Notes: a model not told the origin generated them from the letters alone. 42,708 nucleotides of DNA from Eledone cirrhosa (GCA_964016885.1 CAXHJY010001161.1:1-42708), one strand, 5' to 3'; positions 1 to 14,866 are shown, numbered from the stretch's first letter. Program-made: numbers and translations.

Positions 1-412
1 CACCATAACAATAACAACAACAACACCATAACAACAACAACACCATCATAACAATAACAACAACAACACCATAACAACAACAACAACAACACCATAGCTG
101 CAACAACAACCCCACCATAACAACAACACCACCACCATAACAACAACAACCCCACCATAACAACAACAACGCCATAACAATAACAACCATAACAACAACA
201 ACAACACCCTCATAACAATAACAACAACAACACCATAACAACAACCACAACACCATAACAACAACAACAACACCACCATAACAATAACAACCACAACCCC
301 ACCATAACAACAACAACACCATAACAATAACAACCATAACAACCATAACAACAACAACAACACCATCATAACAATAACAACAACATCACCATAACAACAA
401 CCACAACACCAT

Positions 413-443
<31 letters not shown>

Positions 444-872
444 CCATAACAATAACAACCACAACACCACCATAACAACAACACCATAACAACAACAACA
501 ACAACACCATAACAATAACAAAAACACCACCATAATAACAACAACACCATAACAACAACAACAACACCATCATAACAATAACAACAACAACAGCAACAAC
601 ACCATAACAATAACAAAAACACCACCATAATAACAACAACACCATAACAACAACAACAACACCATCATAACAATAACAACAACAACACCACCATAACAAC
701 AACAACAACACCATAACAACAACAACAACAACACCATAACAATAACAAAAACACCACCATAATAACAACAACACCATAACAACAACAACAACACCATCAT
801 AACAATAACAACAACAACACCACCATAACAACAACAACAACAACAACAACAACACCATAACAATAACAACCA
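1..872. repeat. Degenerate (CAA)n / CACCATAACAA low-complexity repeat
   Basis: Reiterated caccataacaacaacaa units; the ORFs over it are homopolymer runs. Confidence 0.95.
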
Positions 873-1019
873 CAGACAACAGAAAACCTACTTGGAACAA
901 TGTGATAATTCCTAGAGACGAGGTTATTTGTCGTCAGCTTTTTTGATAAATCTAATAAATACAGGAAGTAACATTAGGGTAGGAATAGGAGTAATGTAAT
1001 AACAATGACACATAGCAGT

Positions 1020-1333
1020 GAAGGGGACAGAGGGGGGATAGAGAGAGGAGGAGGAGAGGGGTGGTGGAGAATGAGAGAGGGGGAGAGAGGGGAGAGAGAT
1101 GATGTGGAGAGGAAGGGAGAAAGGCGGAGCGGGGGATAGAGAGAGGGGAGAGTGAGAGGGAAGATAGAGAGAGGGGGCGAGAGAGAGGGGAGAGTGAGAG
1201 GGAAGATAGAGAGAGGGGGCGAGAGAGAGGGGATGAATAGAGAGAGGGAGGAGTTGGAGAGAGAGGGCGAGAGAGAGAGGAGATGGAGAGAGAGAGGAGA
1301 TGGAGAGAGAGAGAGGAGATGGAGAGAGAGAGA

Positions 1334-1408
<75 letters not shown>

Positions 1409-1700
1409 GAGATGGAGAGAGAATGGGAGATGGAGAGAGAGAGGAGGAGGAGGAGATGGCGAGAGAAAGAGATAGGGAAAGAGAGAGGGAGAGAGGGAGA
1501 GAGAGAGAGAAAGAGAGAGAGATAGCGAGAGGGGGGAGATGGAGAGAGAGAGCGCGAGAGCGAGAGAAGGAGAGAGAGAGGAAGAGAGAGAGAAACAGGC
1601 AGGGAGACAGGGAGACAGAGACAGACTGACAGGCAGAAAGAGAGACAGTCAGAGAGAAACAGACAAACAGACAGATAGACAGCTAGACAGACAGAAATGA
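1020..1700. repeat. GA-rich purine microsatellite
   Basis: (GA)n and GGAGA/GACA runs. Confidence 0.9.
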
Positions 1701-1869
1701 AACATGGATTACAGGTTAAAATATAGTCTAGATAAATGTGAAACAAAACGAAGATGTAGTTTATGGAACACCCAAATGATTAAGAAGTCGACCTTAAGTA
1801 GGAGCAAGAACATTAAAAAAGACATGAACGACACCACAACACTTTGTTTTGAAAATTTTGAAAGTAGGT

Positions 1870-2077
1870 TTGGGATACAACAAGCAAATATTTTTATAAC
1901 TGTATAAAAGCACTCGACAAGTATTTGGAGTATATATACGATATTAACAAATGGAAACTATATTTATAAATATGGTTTTATAAATATAGTTTCCATTTGT
2001 TAATATCGTATATATACTCCAAATACTTGTCGAGTGCTTTATATCAGTTATAAAAATATTTGCTTGTTGTATCCCAA
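1870..2077. mobile_element. Fold-back inverted repeat (about 101-bp arms, 6-nt loop), PLE terminal-repeat (pLTR) fragment
   Basis: 1870-1970 is the near-exact reverse complement of 1977-2077. It is homologous to the sequence 3' of the hammerhead at 31736-31800 and is followed by (TA)n. Confidence 0.75.
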
Positions 2078-2256
2078 CAATTTAAATAGAACTTTTGCAT
2101 ATATATATATATATATATGTTTAATATAGAAAAACTTCTACTGTTTCATTCGTGAGAAATCATCAGGAAGCTGACTGTCCAAGTAAATATGGTGGTATTT
2201 ATACCTTTTCTGGTGGTAGGAGAGGGTGGAGATTGGGATGGGTGGGGATATATATA

Positions 2257-2575
<319 letters not shown>

Positions 2576-4196
2576 AGCTTATCAATTTACTGAATAGTAA
2601 TAAATTCTGATTGCTTAACGTTATTGGAGAAGCCATTTTCTATTAACACTAGCATCCATTTTGTTTTTACTTTTCTAAGCAGAAAGGACATTTAATTCAA
2701 GCTAAATACGTATAGATCCTAATTAATTATGAATCTAAAATCGGTAAGAATTTCTGGTTAACTCTTTTTGGCTGTCTACTTAAAGATTTATGTCATTTAT
2801 TTGTATTCTTTATAGTTCAGTCGTAAATAATTATTCACAAAATATGTTTGTCTTTATATTATCATCTGCATCAGTCTTTTCTCTTCTTTTCTTTTCTTTT
2901 TTACCATGGCTTCTATATCCCAAGGCACGGCAATATCAGAAACCATTTTAGTTAAATCATTTCTAAATTCAGATGTAATTATAATTTTAAGAAGAAATTA
3001 AAATAGATTTCGCTCATTTCTTCGCTCTTTCGACAAACTTGTAATGTTCTCAAAATATTTACTTAAAAGTAGAACATTTTTGATTAAAAATACAAACGAG
3101 GTTACTTGGTTACCTGTTCTAATGATGTTAACCTTGCATAAATTTTGTTTTGGGTCGTCTTCATTTACATTTATGGGGAATATTTAGAGCGTTGGATAGA
3201 ATACGTTGTGGTATTTGTTCCTGCGCTTTATGTTCTGAGTTCAAATCCCACCAAAACCATTTTTGTTTTTCATCCTTCCGGAATCGATAAAAAAAATCAG
3301 TCGGGTAATGGGGTTCTTCTAACTTCTTCTTCATCGTCTTCCTTCTCCTCTTTTTATTATTTCTTCTTCTTCTTCTTTTTCTTCTCTTTTCTTTTTCTTT
3401 TTCTTTTTCTTTTTCTTTTCTTCTTCTTCTCCTTCTTCTTGAAGAAAATAATTGGCGAAAGCGATACTTGGAGACTACAATATTGGAACGGAGATGGTTG
3501 TAAGATAAGGGAGAGTACTTCTTCTGGAGTTGATACAATATATTGTATACCGTTCCCACCACTAACCCCTAAAATTGCTGGCCTTGTACCTAAATTAAAA
3601 ATCATTGTTACTATTATTCAATATTTCGTTAATATATTTTTCGAAAAATGTTAATAAATGAGCAATGTTAATCAATAATCTTTTTTTTTTCCCCTCATAG
3701 TTTAATCCTTCCTCCCCTGCATCAAATACTCTCGAGGATTACTGCAAAAAAAAATGTTTTAAAAAATTGGAAGATGAGAAACAAAAACCTAATCTCAGCC
3801 GCTACTAATCTGTACAATCAGTAAATTTTATATCTTACACACTACCCTCACTACACAACACTCTAATGAACCGCTCCTCTCTGAACCAGAGGAATTCCAC
3901 TTCTACCCTCATCCCCCTCACTACATTCAACTCTTCCTTGGGTCCTATATTATTTTAATTTATTGTTTGCTTTCGTGTTTGTTTCTGCAACCGAACAGAC
4001 AAATATTTGTCTTAACAAAGAAGGATTTTTTTAATCTGTAAAATAAATACCAATCTTAAGTTTGTGTATCAACAGTAATGGAAATATTAAAGAAAGTTGA
4101 ATATTATATGATTAGTACAAAAAAATATATGTTTAATAGCTTTGAATTGGCAGAATTGTTAGAATGTTGAATAGAATTCTTTATTGTATGGAAGAA

Positions 4197-4352
4197 GAAT
4201 CGACCCCAGTACTGGACTGGTACTTTTTTTATCGACTTTAATAGGACGAAAGGTAAAGTTGACCTCGGCTGGTTTTGAACTTATATCGCAGAGAGCCAAA
4301 ACGAAAACAGAAATGGATTCTGTCCAATATTCTAACCACTCTGCCAATTCAC
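4197..4352 (-). mobile_element. tRNA-derived SINE, diverged copy
   Basis: Reverse strand has an A box (TGGCAGAGTGG), a B-box-like GTTCAAAACC and the core CTTTACCTTTCGTCC..GTCGATAAA..GTACCAG shared with the other SINE copies. Confidence 0.8.
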
Positions 4353-4521
4353 CATTCTAGAAATATTAGACGTTAACACAAATATAAAATTGAGATTTGA
4401 GTGTGTTGAATACTCTGCTAATTAGAAACTATATAATATTTAGTGTAATATTTTTAAATTAATATAGCAATGTTTACAATTTGTAAGGCATGTCAGAATT
4501 TCTTTTTTTAATTGGTCTTCA

Positions 4522-4811
4522 ATTAATTGGTCTTCGAGCGGTTGGCTAATCAATAACTATTCACAGGCGCGATCCCACTACTGCTCAACACGGGGTCTTT
4601 TGCCTGCTGCGTTTCCGCCCTGGGCCGAAGCAACCCTCCTTAGTCAACCTGGTTCTAGTGAGCTCCCTCTCCAGCACCATATTGATGCCGAGCTTAGCGC
4701 GGACACCCGATCGCCATAGAAGACCGACTACCAGGTCTCCCATTCACAAACCGGCCAACCAACCAAACTTCCAAGTAGCTAGATTACAGGAGCACGCCAC
4801 AACTCCCAGGA
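4522..4811 (-). ncRNA. 7SL: Signal recognition particle RNA (7SL), gene or retrocopy
   Basis: Reverse strand reads GTGGCGTGCTCCTGTAATCTAGCTACTTGG (Alu domain), then GATCGGGTGTCCGCGCTAAGCTCGGCATCAATATGGTG, CCAGGTTGACTAAGGAGGG, GGCCCAGGGCGGAAACGCAGCAGG (helix 8) and CAGTAGTGGGATCGCGCCTGTGAATAG. These match conserved blocks of metazoan 7SL. Confidence 0.93.
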
Positions 4812-5247
4812 ACCGCCATTTATTAAATTGATTACTTAAACCGAACTGAATAGAAACCAATGTTGTTTTGTTCTATAAATTTGATAAATATTTTTTTTGC
4901 TTTAAATATTTTTTTCTCTGGTTTTCTTTATGTTTCGTTTTTTGGGGGTTTTTTTGCTCCATTTATACATTTTTGACAGCAGATGTAATATTTTAGTATG
5001 AAGTTTTGTCATAGTCAGTTCGTGACGAATTTTGTAATAAAAATCAAAATGAATATCTCTCAAATAAATTTTATAGCATTTTGTAATTGAAATTAATATA
5101 ACAAAAAAATTAATTTATTTCATTTTATCTATTTATTTATTTATTTATTTTTCGTTCTCGTATTAATGAGACGAGACTGGGAGGTATAAGGGAAATCTGA
5201 ATAAGAAGTTGACGTTAACGATCTTGTGTTTGCTTTGTCGACACAAT

Positions 5248-5438
<191 letters not shown>

Positions 5439-5479
5439 AAAAAGAAAGAGAATCAGTGTTGCGACGAATGGAGTTTATT

Positions 5480-5577
5480 GGACATATTACAATCGTTTCT
5501 CTGGCGACCAGCTCGAGGCACGATCGATATGATGATCGAACCTGACTCTGAAAATCGCAAAGTCCTCAGATGCGTCC
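5480..5577 (-). ncRNA. Type I hammerhead ribozyme motif
   Basis: Reverse strand: GGACGCAT-CTGAGGA-[ctttgcga...tcgccaga]-GAAA-CGATTG-TA-ATATGTCC. Stem I pairs at 7 of 8 positions. Confidence 0.7.
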
Positions 5578-5820
5578 TGATTCTAGTACCAGTAATGCAC
5601 TAGGTAATTGCTGGCCTTGTGCCAAACGTAGAAACAATTATATATAAACTGCATTAGGAGAAAATTAGTGACGGAAATATATGAATTTTTATTTAAGCGA
5701 TCGTTAACCGGAAGTGTTGACATTTAAAAATTTTAAAGAAGTGAATCTTAAAATAAGCAACAAAATTATTTATATTTAATTAAAAATAACGAAATCTAGT
5801 AGATAAATTATGTAATATTC

Positions 5821-5921
5821 ATTCATTATTTATTCAAAGTAATCCAACTTATTTTACAAACGGGATAAAAAAATATATTCTGGACGCAGTCCCGCAACTC
5901 CTTACTTTATTATAGTTTAGA
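5821..5921. repeat. Dispersed ~100-bp repeat, second copy at about 27671-27765
   Basis: Both copies share TTATTCAAAGTAATCCAACTTATTTTAC and ACGCAGTCCCGCA-CTCCTTACTTTATTATAGTTT. Confidence 0.75.
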
Positions 5922-6317
5922 TATGTATGTATATATGTCTTTCCCTATTTTGTAATGATTAAATGCTCAGATTTATTCTTTGAGCTTATTCTTATGTGAT
6001 AAAGCGCATGTTCGAGATTATCTCAAACAATACAGATATAATTTTAAATGTAATATATATGTATGTGTGTGTACGTGTGTGTACGTGTGTGTACGTGTGT
6101 GTACGTGTGTGTACGTGTGTGTATGTGTCAATGCGTGACTCTGAGGGAGATGTCTACACAGTTGCTAGACTGATAGAAATACCAACGATATCTACCAAGA
6201 CCTGGTTCGTAGCTGAGATGGATAAAAGGGAGGTGGTACACTTCTCCAGACCATCCATCATGGCGGACGGTCACGTGATGATCAGTAACGGTAACGGTAA
6301 AGTATAAACATTCTTGG

Positions 6318-6585
6318 TTATACAAGTGTTTCAATATGTATGTTCGAGAAGTCATCACTGTGCATTGAACCAAGACCTGTATCTGATGTAGAATCTGTGT
6401 CGTCTGATTTATCCAGTTTGAATATCGGACAGTTTACGGCAGCCATGACACTGTTGCCTTTAATAGATGCTTTTCTATCGTTCATTATCGTGTGTAGTTG
6501 GTTAGTTTGTTGCTTGGCTTGCTGTAAAGCCCGCAATTGTTGTTGATGTTGATATTGTTGTTGCTGTTGTTGATGAGGATGTTGC

Positions 6586-6628
<43 letters not shown>

Positions 6629-6791
6629 CTGGTTGCTGCTTTGTTTTTTGTTGTTGTTGTTGTGGTGGTTGTTGTTGTTTTTGTTGTGCTAGTTGTTCTT
6701 GTTGTTGATGTTGATATTGTTGTTGCTGTTGTTGATGAGGATGTTGCTGTTGTTGTTGTTGTTGTTGTTGTTCTGGTTGCTGCTTTGTTTT

Positions 6792-6824
<33 letters not shown>

Positions 6825-7035
6825 TTGTTGTGCTAGTTGTTCTTGTTGTTGATGTTGATATTGTTGTTGCTGTTGTTGATGAGGATGTTGCTGTTGTTGT
6901 TGTTGTTGTTGTTGTTCTGGTTGCTGCTTTGTTTTTTGTTGTTGTTGTTGTGGTGGTTGTTGTTGTTTTTGTTGTGCTAGTTGTTCTTGTTGTTGATGTT
7001 GATATTGTTGTTGCTGTTGTTGATGAGGATGTTGC

Positions 7036-7070
<35 letters not shown>

Positions 7071-7397
7071 TTGTTGCTGCTGTTGGTGTTGTTGTTGTTG
7101 CTGTTGTTGTTGTTGCTGCTGCTGCTGCTGGTGCAGTAATGGTGATGGTGGTGTAGGCGTTAATAATGATGATGGTGATGGCGAAGGCGGTGTCAATGGT
7201 GATGGGGTCGTAGGCCTTAATGATGATGATGATAATGATGGTGATGGTGGTGGCGGTGTAGACGTTAATAACGATGATGGTGATAATGATGGTGATGATG
7301 ATGGTGATGATGGTGATGATGATGGTGGTGGAGGCACTGGCGTCTGTGTTTCTGGAGTCATTTCTAACCGATATGATAGGTCAGTTTTTTCTTCTTG

Positions 7398-7435
<38 letters not shown>

Positions 7436-7595
7436 ATTTTTGTTGTTGCGGTTGTTGTTGTTGGTGGCGGTGTTGTTGTTGTTGTTGTTGTTGTTGTTGA
7501 TGATGATTCTGCTGCTGTTGTTTTTGTTGTCCTTGTTGTTGTTCTTGTTGTAATGGATGTTGTTGTTGTTGTTGTTGTTGTTGTTGTAGCAATGG

Positions 7596-7638
<43 letters not shown>

Positions 7639-7763
7639 GGCAATGACTGTTGTTGTTGTTGGTGGTGTTGTTGTTGTTGGTGTTGTTGTTGTTGTCGTAG
7701 CAATGGTGGTTGTTGTTGTTGTTGTGGCAATGACTGTTGTTGTTGTTGTTGTCGTAGCAATGG

Positions 7764-7839
<76 letters not shown>

Positions 7840-9692
7840 GGCAATGACTGTTGTTGTTGTTGTGGCAATGACTGTTGTTGGTGGTGTTGTTGTTGTTGTC
7901 GTAGCAATGACTGTTGCTGTTGTTGTTGTTGTTGTTGTTTATTGCAGTCTGTCTGTTCGTCGTTGAAACTTTTGTTAAGAACATTCTTCAGTTGGCAGCC
8001 ATGTTCTCTAATATTAGATACTGTTGTCCAATCCCGTTTACTCTTTGTCCGAACGAATTGTGATTTTGGAGCTCCCCCAGCGATACCAGCTTTGGGATTA
8101 TTTAAGTCCTTTTTATTGGTGTCTTTTAACAGGAAATCTCCGACTGGATGTTGGATATTAACTCCATTTTCCACATTATTTGCAATATTTTCTGAATCTA
8201 GTTTAGTAATATCTTTAATTCTTTTATTACATGTTGGTATAATTTTTGAAATTTTAGGAATTTCCAGTGCGTTTTGGGTATTGATATCGGAAGCTATCCA
8301 ATCTTCGTTGTTTATTGGTTGAGGAAGAATAGTTTGGTTAGAATCGATATTGTCAACTTGATATTTTAACTCGTCATTTGTCAAAGATTTTGACATCCCA
8401 GAGTTTTGGATATTACCTGACGACAGTTCAGTTGTCAACACTTCTCTTTCAAGACTATGAATCAAATCTGATTTTTCCTTTTGTAATTTATTATACCTTT
8501 GTAATTCTCGGTTCAACTGATCCGTTGTTATGTTCTGGATTACGCTTACAGTCATTACTCGGTTAAACTGAATCCTAAGAGCTTCTAATTCTGATTTTTC
8601 ATCTCCATCTAGTCCCTCCGTGCAACTCAAGCTGTCAGTAATTTTCTCCGCGTTTACACCGTCGTGTGATAAATGGCATCCGCTTCCAATTGCAAAGCTT
8701 TCAAAAATATTATTAATCGCCTTTTTCTCTTGTTTTGCTTCTTGAATAATCCCCGTTTCTGAAGATGGAAAATCAAATTCTTTTCTTTTTAAATCCGAGG
8801 GAACCTCGTTCGCATTACCACCATGTTTTTTTATGAGTGATGATAGCTGGTCTATTGTGTCTTCTTCTGCTGCTAGTAATTCACAAACTGCAATCAATCT
8901 GTCACGCAATTCAACGTAATCTTCTAGCAAGTGTAAATTAGCTTTGGACACGAAATCTTCCAGAGAATCCTCACTGGTACTAGTACTGTCTAGAAGCAGA
9001 GATCTCTGAACGTAGTTGACGCCTTTCTTTTGCATGTACTGCAAATGGATTTTCTTCTCGTATTTTCCTATTAACAATTCTGCTTCTTCAATACGATTTG
9101 CCAATGATTTGATTTTCTTCTCCTGGCTCATAACAAGCTTAATAATTTTCTGTAGACGCCGTAGTTTGCTGTGGTCCAGCGAACTACTACTCACCAAATC
9201 ACACTGAAACTGAAGTTCGTTGTTAAGGTAATTGCTGTGATTGTTTTCGTTGTTATGGCAGCTGTAGTTGTCAAATCTTTCTTTATAGGGACGACGACAG
9301 CATCCGTGCGATTCTTCATTACATACATTTCTATCAAAGTTATGTTCATAGCGTCTTTGGTGCCGCCATCTACGATATCGACGTTTCGTTGCCGAATATT
9401 CACTAGATTGAACAATATCATTTAGTTTACGCATTACAAATTTCACGTTGGTTCGATCAGCGATCGAATTCTTCCAGACTCGGAGAATTTTGGTACGTCC
9501 TTGTAAGAAATTCTCCACACCTTTCCAGCATTCGTAAATGGCGAATGATTCGGGATTTTCTGCTTCGTTGAGATTTTCACTAACCAACAGAGCATAAATA
9601 ATATCATCGCAAGTTGTTCTTTTAGAAATCCCTGACAGCCATTTTTCGGTTCCATTAACCCATACAGGAATCTCGAAACCCTTGTCACACAT
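6318..9692 (-). CDS. RASSF9/10: N-terminal Ras-association domain family protein (RASSF9/RASSF10-like) with long polyQ/PS-rich insert
   Basis: 1124-aa ORF. N-terminal RA domain IPVWVNGTEKWLSGISKRTTCDDIIYALL, coiled-coil segments, and C-terminal SDTGLGSMHS...ETLV resembling the RASSF10 end (SDTGLSSMHS...ESLV). A splice acceptor (tatttcag) lies 9 nt upstream of the ATG. Confidence 0.9.
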
Positions 9693-9967
9693 GATTTTCT
9701 CCTGAAATATGCAATAAAACAGAACGAAATTAAATACACTTGCTAAAACAAAAATAAGTTACTCAGACACGTCATCTGTATAAAGAAAAAGACAATAGTT
9801 AAATTAGTTTTAACAATTTTAATGGTAAGGCAATTCGCAAGCTAAATAGAAAGAATTGTGCAGTAAGGAGAAAAACAATCTTAGTCTATGACTAATATGC
9901 GAGAAAAATTTCGACAAATATGTGAGATAACATTGGACATGTCTCTGCCTTATTATGACCTCAACAG

Positions 9968-10155
9968 GGCGGAGAATTGGCAGTCTCGGTAGAGGGTTGA
10001 ACGCCATGCTTTCTAGCATAGTTACGTCCCTTTATAGTCTGAGTTCAAATCCCGCCGAGGTTAACTTTGCCTTTCATCCTTACGGGGTCGATAAAATAAA
10101 GTACCAGTAATGTACTGGGTAATTGCTGGCCTTGTGCCTAAAGTAGAAACGATTG
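9968..10155 (+). mobile_element. Full-length tRNA-derived SINE with target site duplication (TSD)
   Basis: A box TGGCAGTCTCGG, B box GAGTTCAAATCC, core CTTTGCCTTTCATCCTTACGGGGTCGATAAAATAAAGTACCAG. TSD TGACCTCAACAG at 9956-9967 and 10156-10167. Confidence 0.92.
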
Positions 10156-10178
10156 TGACCTCAACAGTGAAGCATAGA

Positions 10179-10224
<46 letters not shown>

Positions 10225-10230
10225 TGTGTG

Positions 10231-10420
10231 TGAAAAGATTCAGGACCCCAACGGCTTAGCTCCGGCCGTTTCGACAGCTAGATCCCAGTTCGGATCTAAC
10301 TGTCGAAAGGGCCGGAGCTCAGCAGTCAGGGTCCTGAATCTTTTCATATTACCCACTCTACTACCCCAAGTATCGAGTACTCTGGTGGGTGATGGTCTAG
10401 CTGGTTTTTACCACACCCTA

Positions 10421-10424
<4 letters not shown>
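10231..10424. mobile_element. Fold-back PLE-like fragment with hammerhead 3' half
   Basis: Arms 10231-10285 and 10292-10346 plus a 3' extension, between (TA)n tracts. Same family as 22965-23005, 23740-23866 and 23909-25612. Confidence 0.75.
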
Positions 10425-10455
<31 letters not shown>

Positions 10456-10545
10456 GGAGGTGAGTTTTATTGTAGTACAATAAAGCAATGCAGATATCGG
10501 ATAAGAAGCACTCTACAGTTTGTAGGACTGGAGTATACATAATAT

Positions 10546-10762
10546 ATAAGAACAAAAGATGGTTAAATGAGTTCCATGTATTTTATTATGCGCATTTCAT
10601 ATGTTGATTTAAAACTGCACTATCCACAAGTGTTTTTTAACCTTCATATCATGTCTTCCTGTTTTATCTGATGAAAACACAAATATTATTTCATGATGAT
10701 ATTTGTTTTTGAAATGCGCATAATAAAATACATGGAACTCTTTTAACCATCTTTTGATCTTA

Positions 10763-10763
<1 letters not shown>
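10546..10763. mobile_element. Fold-back PLE-like element (54-bp arms)
   Basis: 10546-10599 is inverted at 10710-10763; the right arm abuts (TA)n. Confidence 0.75.
10662..10728 (+). ncRNA. Minimal type I hammerhead ribozyme
   Basis: TTTTAT-CTGATGA-[aaacacaaatat...atatttgttttt]-GAAA-TGCGCA-TA-ATAAAA, with a palindromic loop III. Confidence 0.85.
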
Positions 10764-10832
<69 letters not shown>

Positions 10833-10884
10833 TAATATATATATATATATTATATATATATATATATATATATTAATATATATA

Positions 10885-11024
<140 letters not shown>

Positions 11025-11105
11025 TAATATATATATATATATTATATATATATATATATATATATTAATATATATATATATATTATATATATATATATAT
11101 ATATA

Positions 11106-11580
<475 letters not shown>

Positions 11581-11583
11581 GCG

Positions 11584-11695
11584 GCGTCCGAAACGTTAAG
11601 ACCCTCTTCCTGCTATATCAAGCGTTAACCGAATATATCCAGAAATAACAACACAATAACGGTACAGTATATGGAAGGAATATATTAGGTTAACG
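11584..11695. mobile_element. Rearranged fragment of the 19579 hammerhead family
   Basis: GCGTCCGAAACGTTAAGAC... in forward orientation, then an inverted copy of the family's distal tail. Confidence 0.7.
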
Positions 11696-11708
11696 ATATA
11701 TATATATA

Positions 11709-11960
11709 TTTCTTTATTTGTCACAAGGGCGCACAAGAAAAGGGGACAATACAAAGACACATGCCGGGGATTTTACATACAGTCGTGTAAAAAAATATAT
11801 AAAAGGGCGGTGCCCCAGCATGGCCTCAGCCGGATGGCTGAAACAGGTAAAAGAGTAAAAGAGTAAAACAAACAAACAATTATAACAATCGAAATCCCCA
11901 ATAGGGAGGAGACGCCAAAAATGGGTTGTTTAAAACCCCGTCGATATAACAACCCTCAAC
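11709..11960 (-). mobile_element. Retroelement 3' end (family also at 28707-28846), interrupted by a 60-bp insert
   Basis: Near-identical TTCTTTATT..CACAAGGGCGCACAAGAAAAG...CCCCAATAGGG in both copies; AATAAA at the minus-strand end. Confidence 0.7.
11806..11866 (+). mobile_element. Short LINE-tail-like insert (GGCGGTGCCCCAGCATGG...(TAAAAGAG)n)
   Basis: Identical to 23004-23063 and absent from the 28707-28846 copy of the host repeat. Confidence 0.75.
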
Positions 11961-12462
11961 GTCAGGAGCGTGTTAACAGCCAGTTGGGCCTTGCTTCTAG
12001 ATTTGGCGGTTCGGTTCTCGTATTTTAACTATTTTGTGTGTTTTTCACGATGACAACACAAACAGAACTTGCTTCACACGATGACGTATAGACAATGAAG
12101 AATAGGATATTTCATCGGTAAACATTTAGTTGGGAAGTAAGATGTAGACTGAAACACAAGCAGTTAGAGGTGTAATGGATGACCGGATGACAAGCTAATA
12201 TTTCAACTTCCGGTTCTCTTTACACTCGTTATAAAGATCACTGTTATCAATCCTCCATCGATTTCGACGATGAGTTGTAGTGAAAGTTGGAGAGGTGATG
12301 TAGGGGCAAGGATTTGAACTGAAAACTTGTAACTAAATACTGTAAAGCATGTTTGACTAACTCTCAATATAATTATAATTGATATTTTGGATACCTGGTC
12401 AGGAATTTGGAGGACCTGGAGTAAGCCGATCATATAGACCCTCGGTGGGGAGGATGGGGGGG

Positions 12463-12712
<250 letters not shown>

Positions 12713-12846
12713 TATATGGGTGTGTGCTACAGTGTGATTTACACTAAGATAAAAACGTACCTAGCAACCAAAATATTACAATTGTGTGGTGTCAATTGTT
12801 GTGTTGAAATAATCAAACAATGAACTATAGACTCACACATACACAA

Positions 12847-12931
<85 letters not shown>

Positions 12932-13218
12932 AATGAAAGGTATAGAAAGTATGTATACATATATACATACATATACATACATACATATATATATATACAT
13001 GTGATCTTTGTAAATGCTTATAAGCTTATATTCATACGTTTTATAGACGACTGTGCACCCTACATTTGTATAAACTTATATACCCCATTCTTTTAAAATA
13101 CCTCCAATACCCGCACGCACACGCATATATATATATATATATATATGTGCGTGTGTGTGGGCGCGTGTATGTGTGTGCGTGTGTGGGTGGGTGTGTGTGT
13201 GGGTGTGTATGTGTGGGT

Positions 13219-13273
<55 letters not shown>

Positions 13274-13865
13274 GGTGTGTGTGTATGTCTATGTGTGTGT
13301 GTGTGTGTGTGTGTGTAACGTGTCTTTTGCTCTATAAAATAGAACATTTTTGAGTGCATTGCTAGCAGGTTTTTACTTGAATGGAACACAAATGGCAGCA
13401 TATATCTATATAGATGTATCACGGCGTGTGCATTTATATGTCTGTATTTGAATGGATGCATTATCAATGAATCAACGAAAGGTATTATGAATGAATAAAT
13501 CTATGAATGAACGAATGAATGAATGAATAACCGTGCATTAACTAAGGTGCCAGATTTCTCCAAACTGTACAGGACAGTAACTTTTGACACTAATTGTTAG
13601 AGAATCGCTTTCAAGAGTGGCGAGATATGTAAAGAAAGAAAACAACATAGGAATGGGGTAAGGGGTGGGGGGGGGGTGATAATAGAAGAAAAAAAGAAGA
13701 TAAAAGAAATACCAGACATACGGGAGATAGGGAAGGTTGGAGGGTAAGTGGTGTAAGGCATGTGTCTTCATTGATTTTATTGGTAATAAATGTGAAGTCA
13801 GATTTTTCCCATTAGTGGATTTCACTAAAATTGGAAAGTGTATAGCTTTAAAGTTTAATGCATTG

Positions 13866-14657
<792 letters not shown>

Positions 14658-14830
14658 GAGAAAATGAAATATTTCCTTGCGCTCATTATATTACAGGGAA
14701 CAACGTGAGTCTTTTACTCCGCTGCTTCATTTGATATATATATGGGAAAAGTAGATGGAAACAAGAAACCAAACAACACAGTACAATAAAGGAATATATT
14801 AGTTTAACGCTGGATAGAGTAGCAAAAGAG

Positions 14831-14866
14831 TCTTTACGTTTCGGATACTAGTCCTTCGTCAGAAGA
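14831..14866 (-). ncRNA. Minimal type I hammerhead ribozyme
   Basis: Reverse strand: TCTT-CTGACGA-A-GGAC-TAGT-ATCC-GAAA-CG-TA-AAGA; related to 19579-19614. Confidence 0.8.

Noticed and set aside
46-1746. Long ORFs rich in V/L/C/W or ER/SL
   Set aside because: They are translations of CAA and GA repeats, open in several frames, with no domain signal.
3145-3654. 169-aa hydrophobic ORF
   Set aside because: It is made of a degenerate SINE and a (TTC/TTTTTC) repeat.
6641-8322. Poly-V and poly-N ORFs overlapping RASSF
   Set aside because: They are antisense or alternative-frame shadows of the CAA polyQ tract.
9968-10060. Possible tRNA genes at SINE heads
   Set aside because: A and B boxes are present, but there is no cloverleaf or terminator, and they continue into the SINE core.
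12180-12430. Possible promoter or first exon (ACTTCCGGT ETS-like site, GA|GTAAGC donor)
   Set aside because: Only short motifs are present, with no supporting ORF or other evidence.
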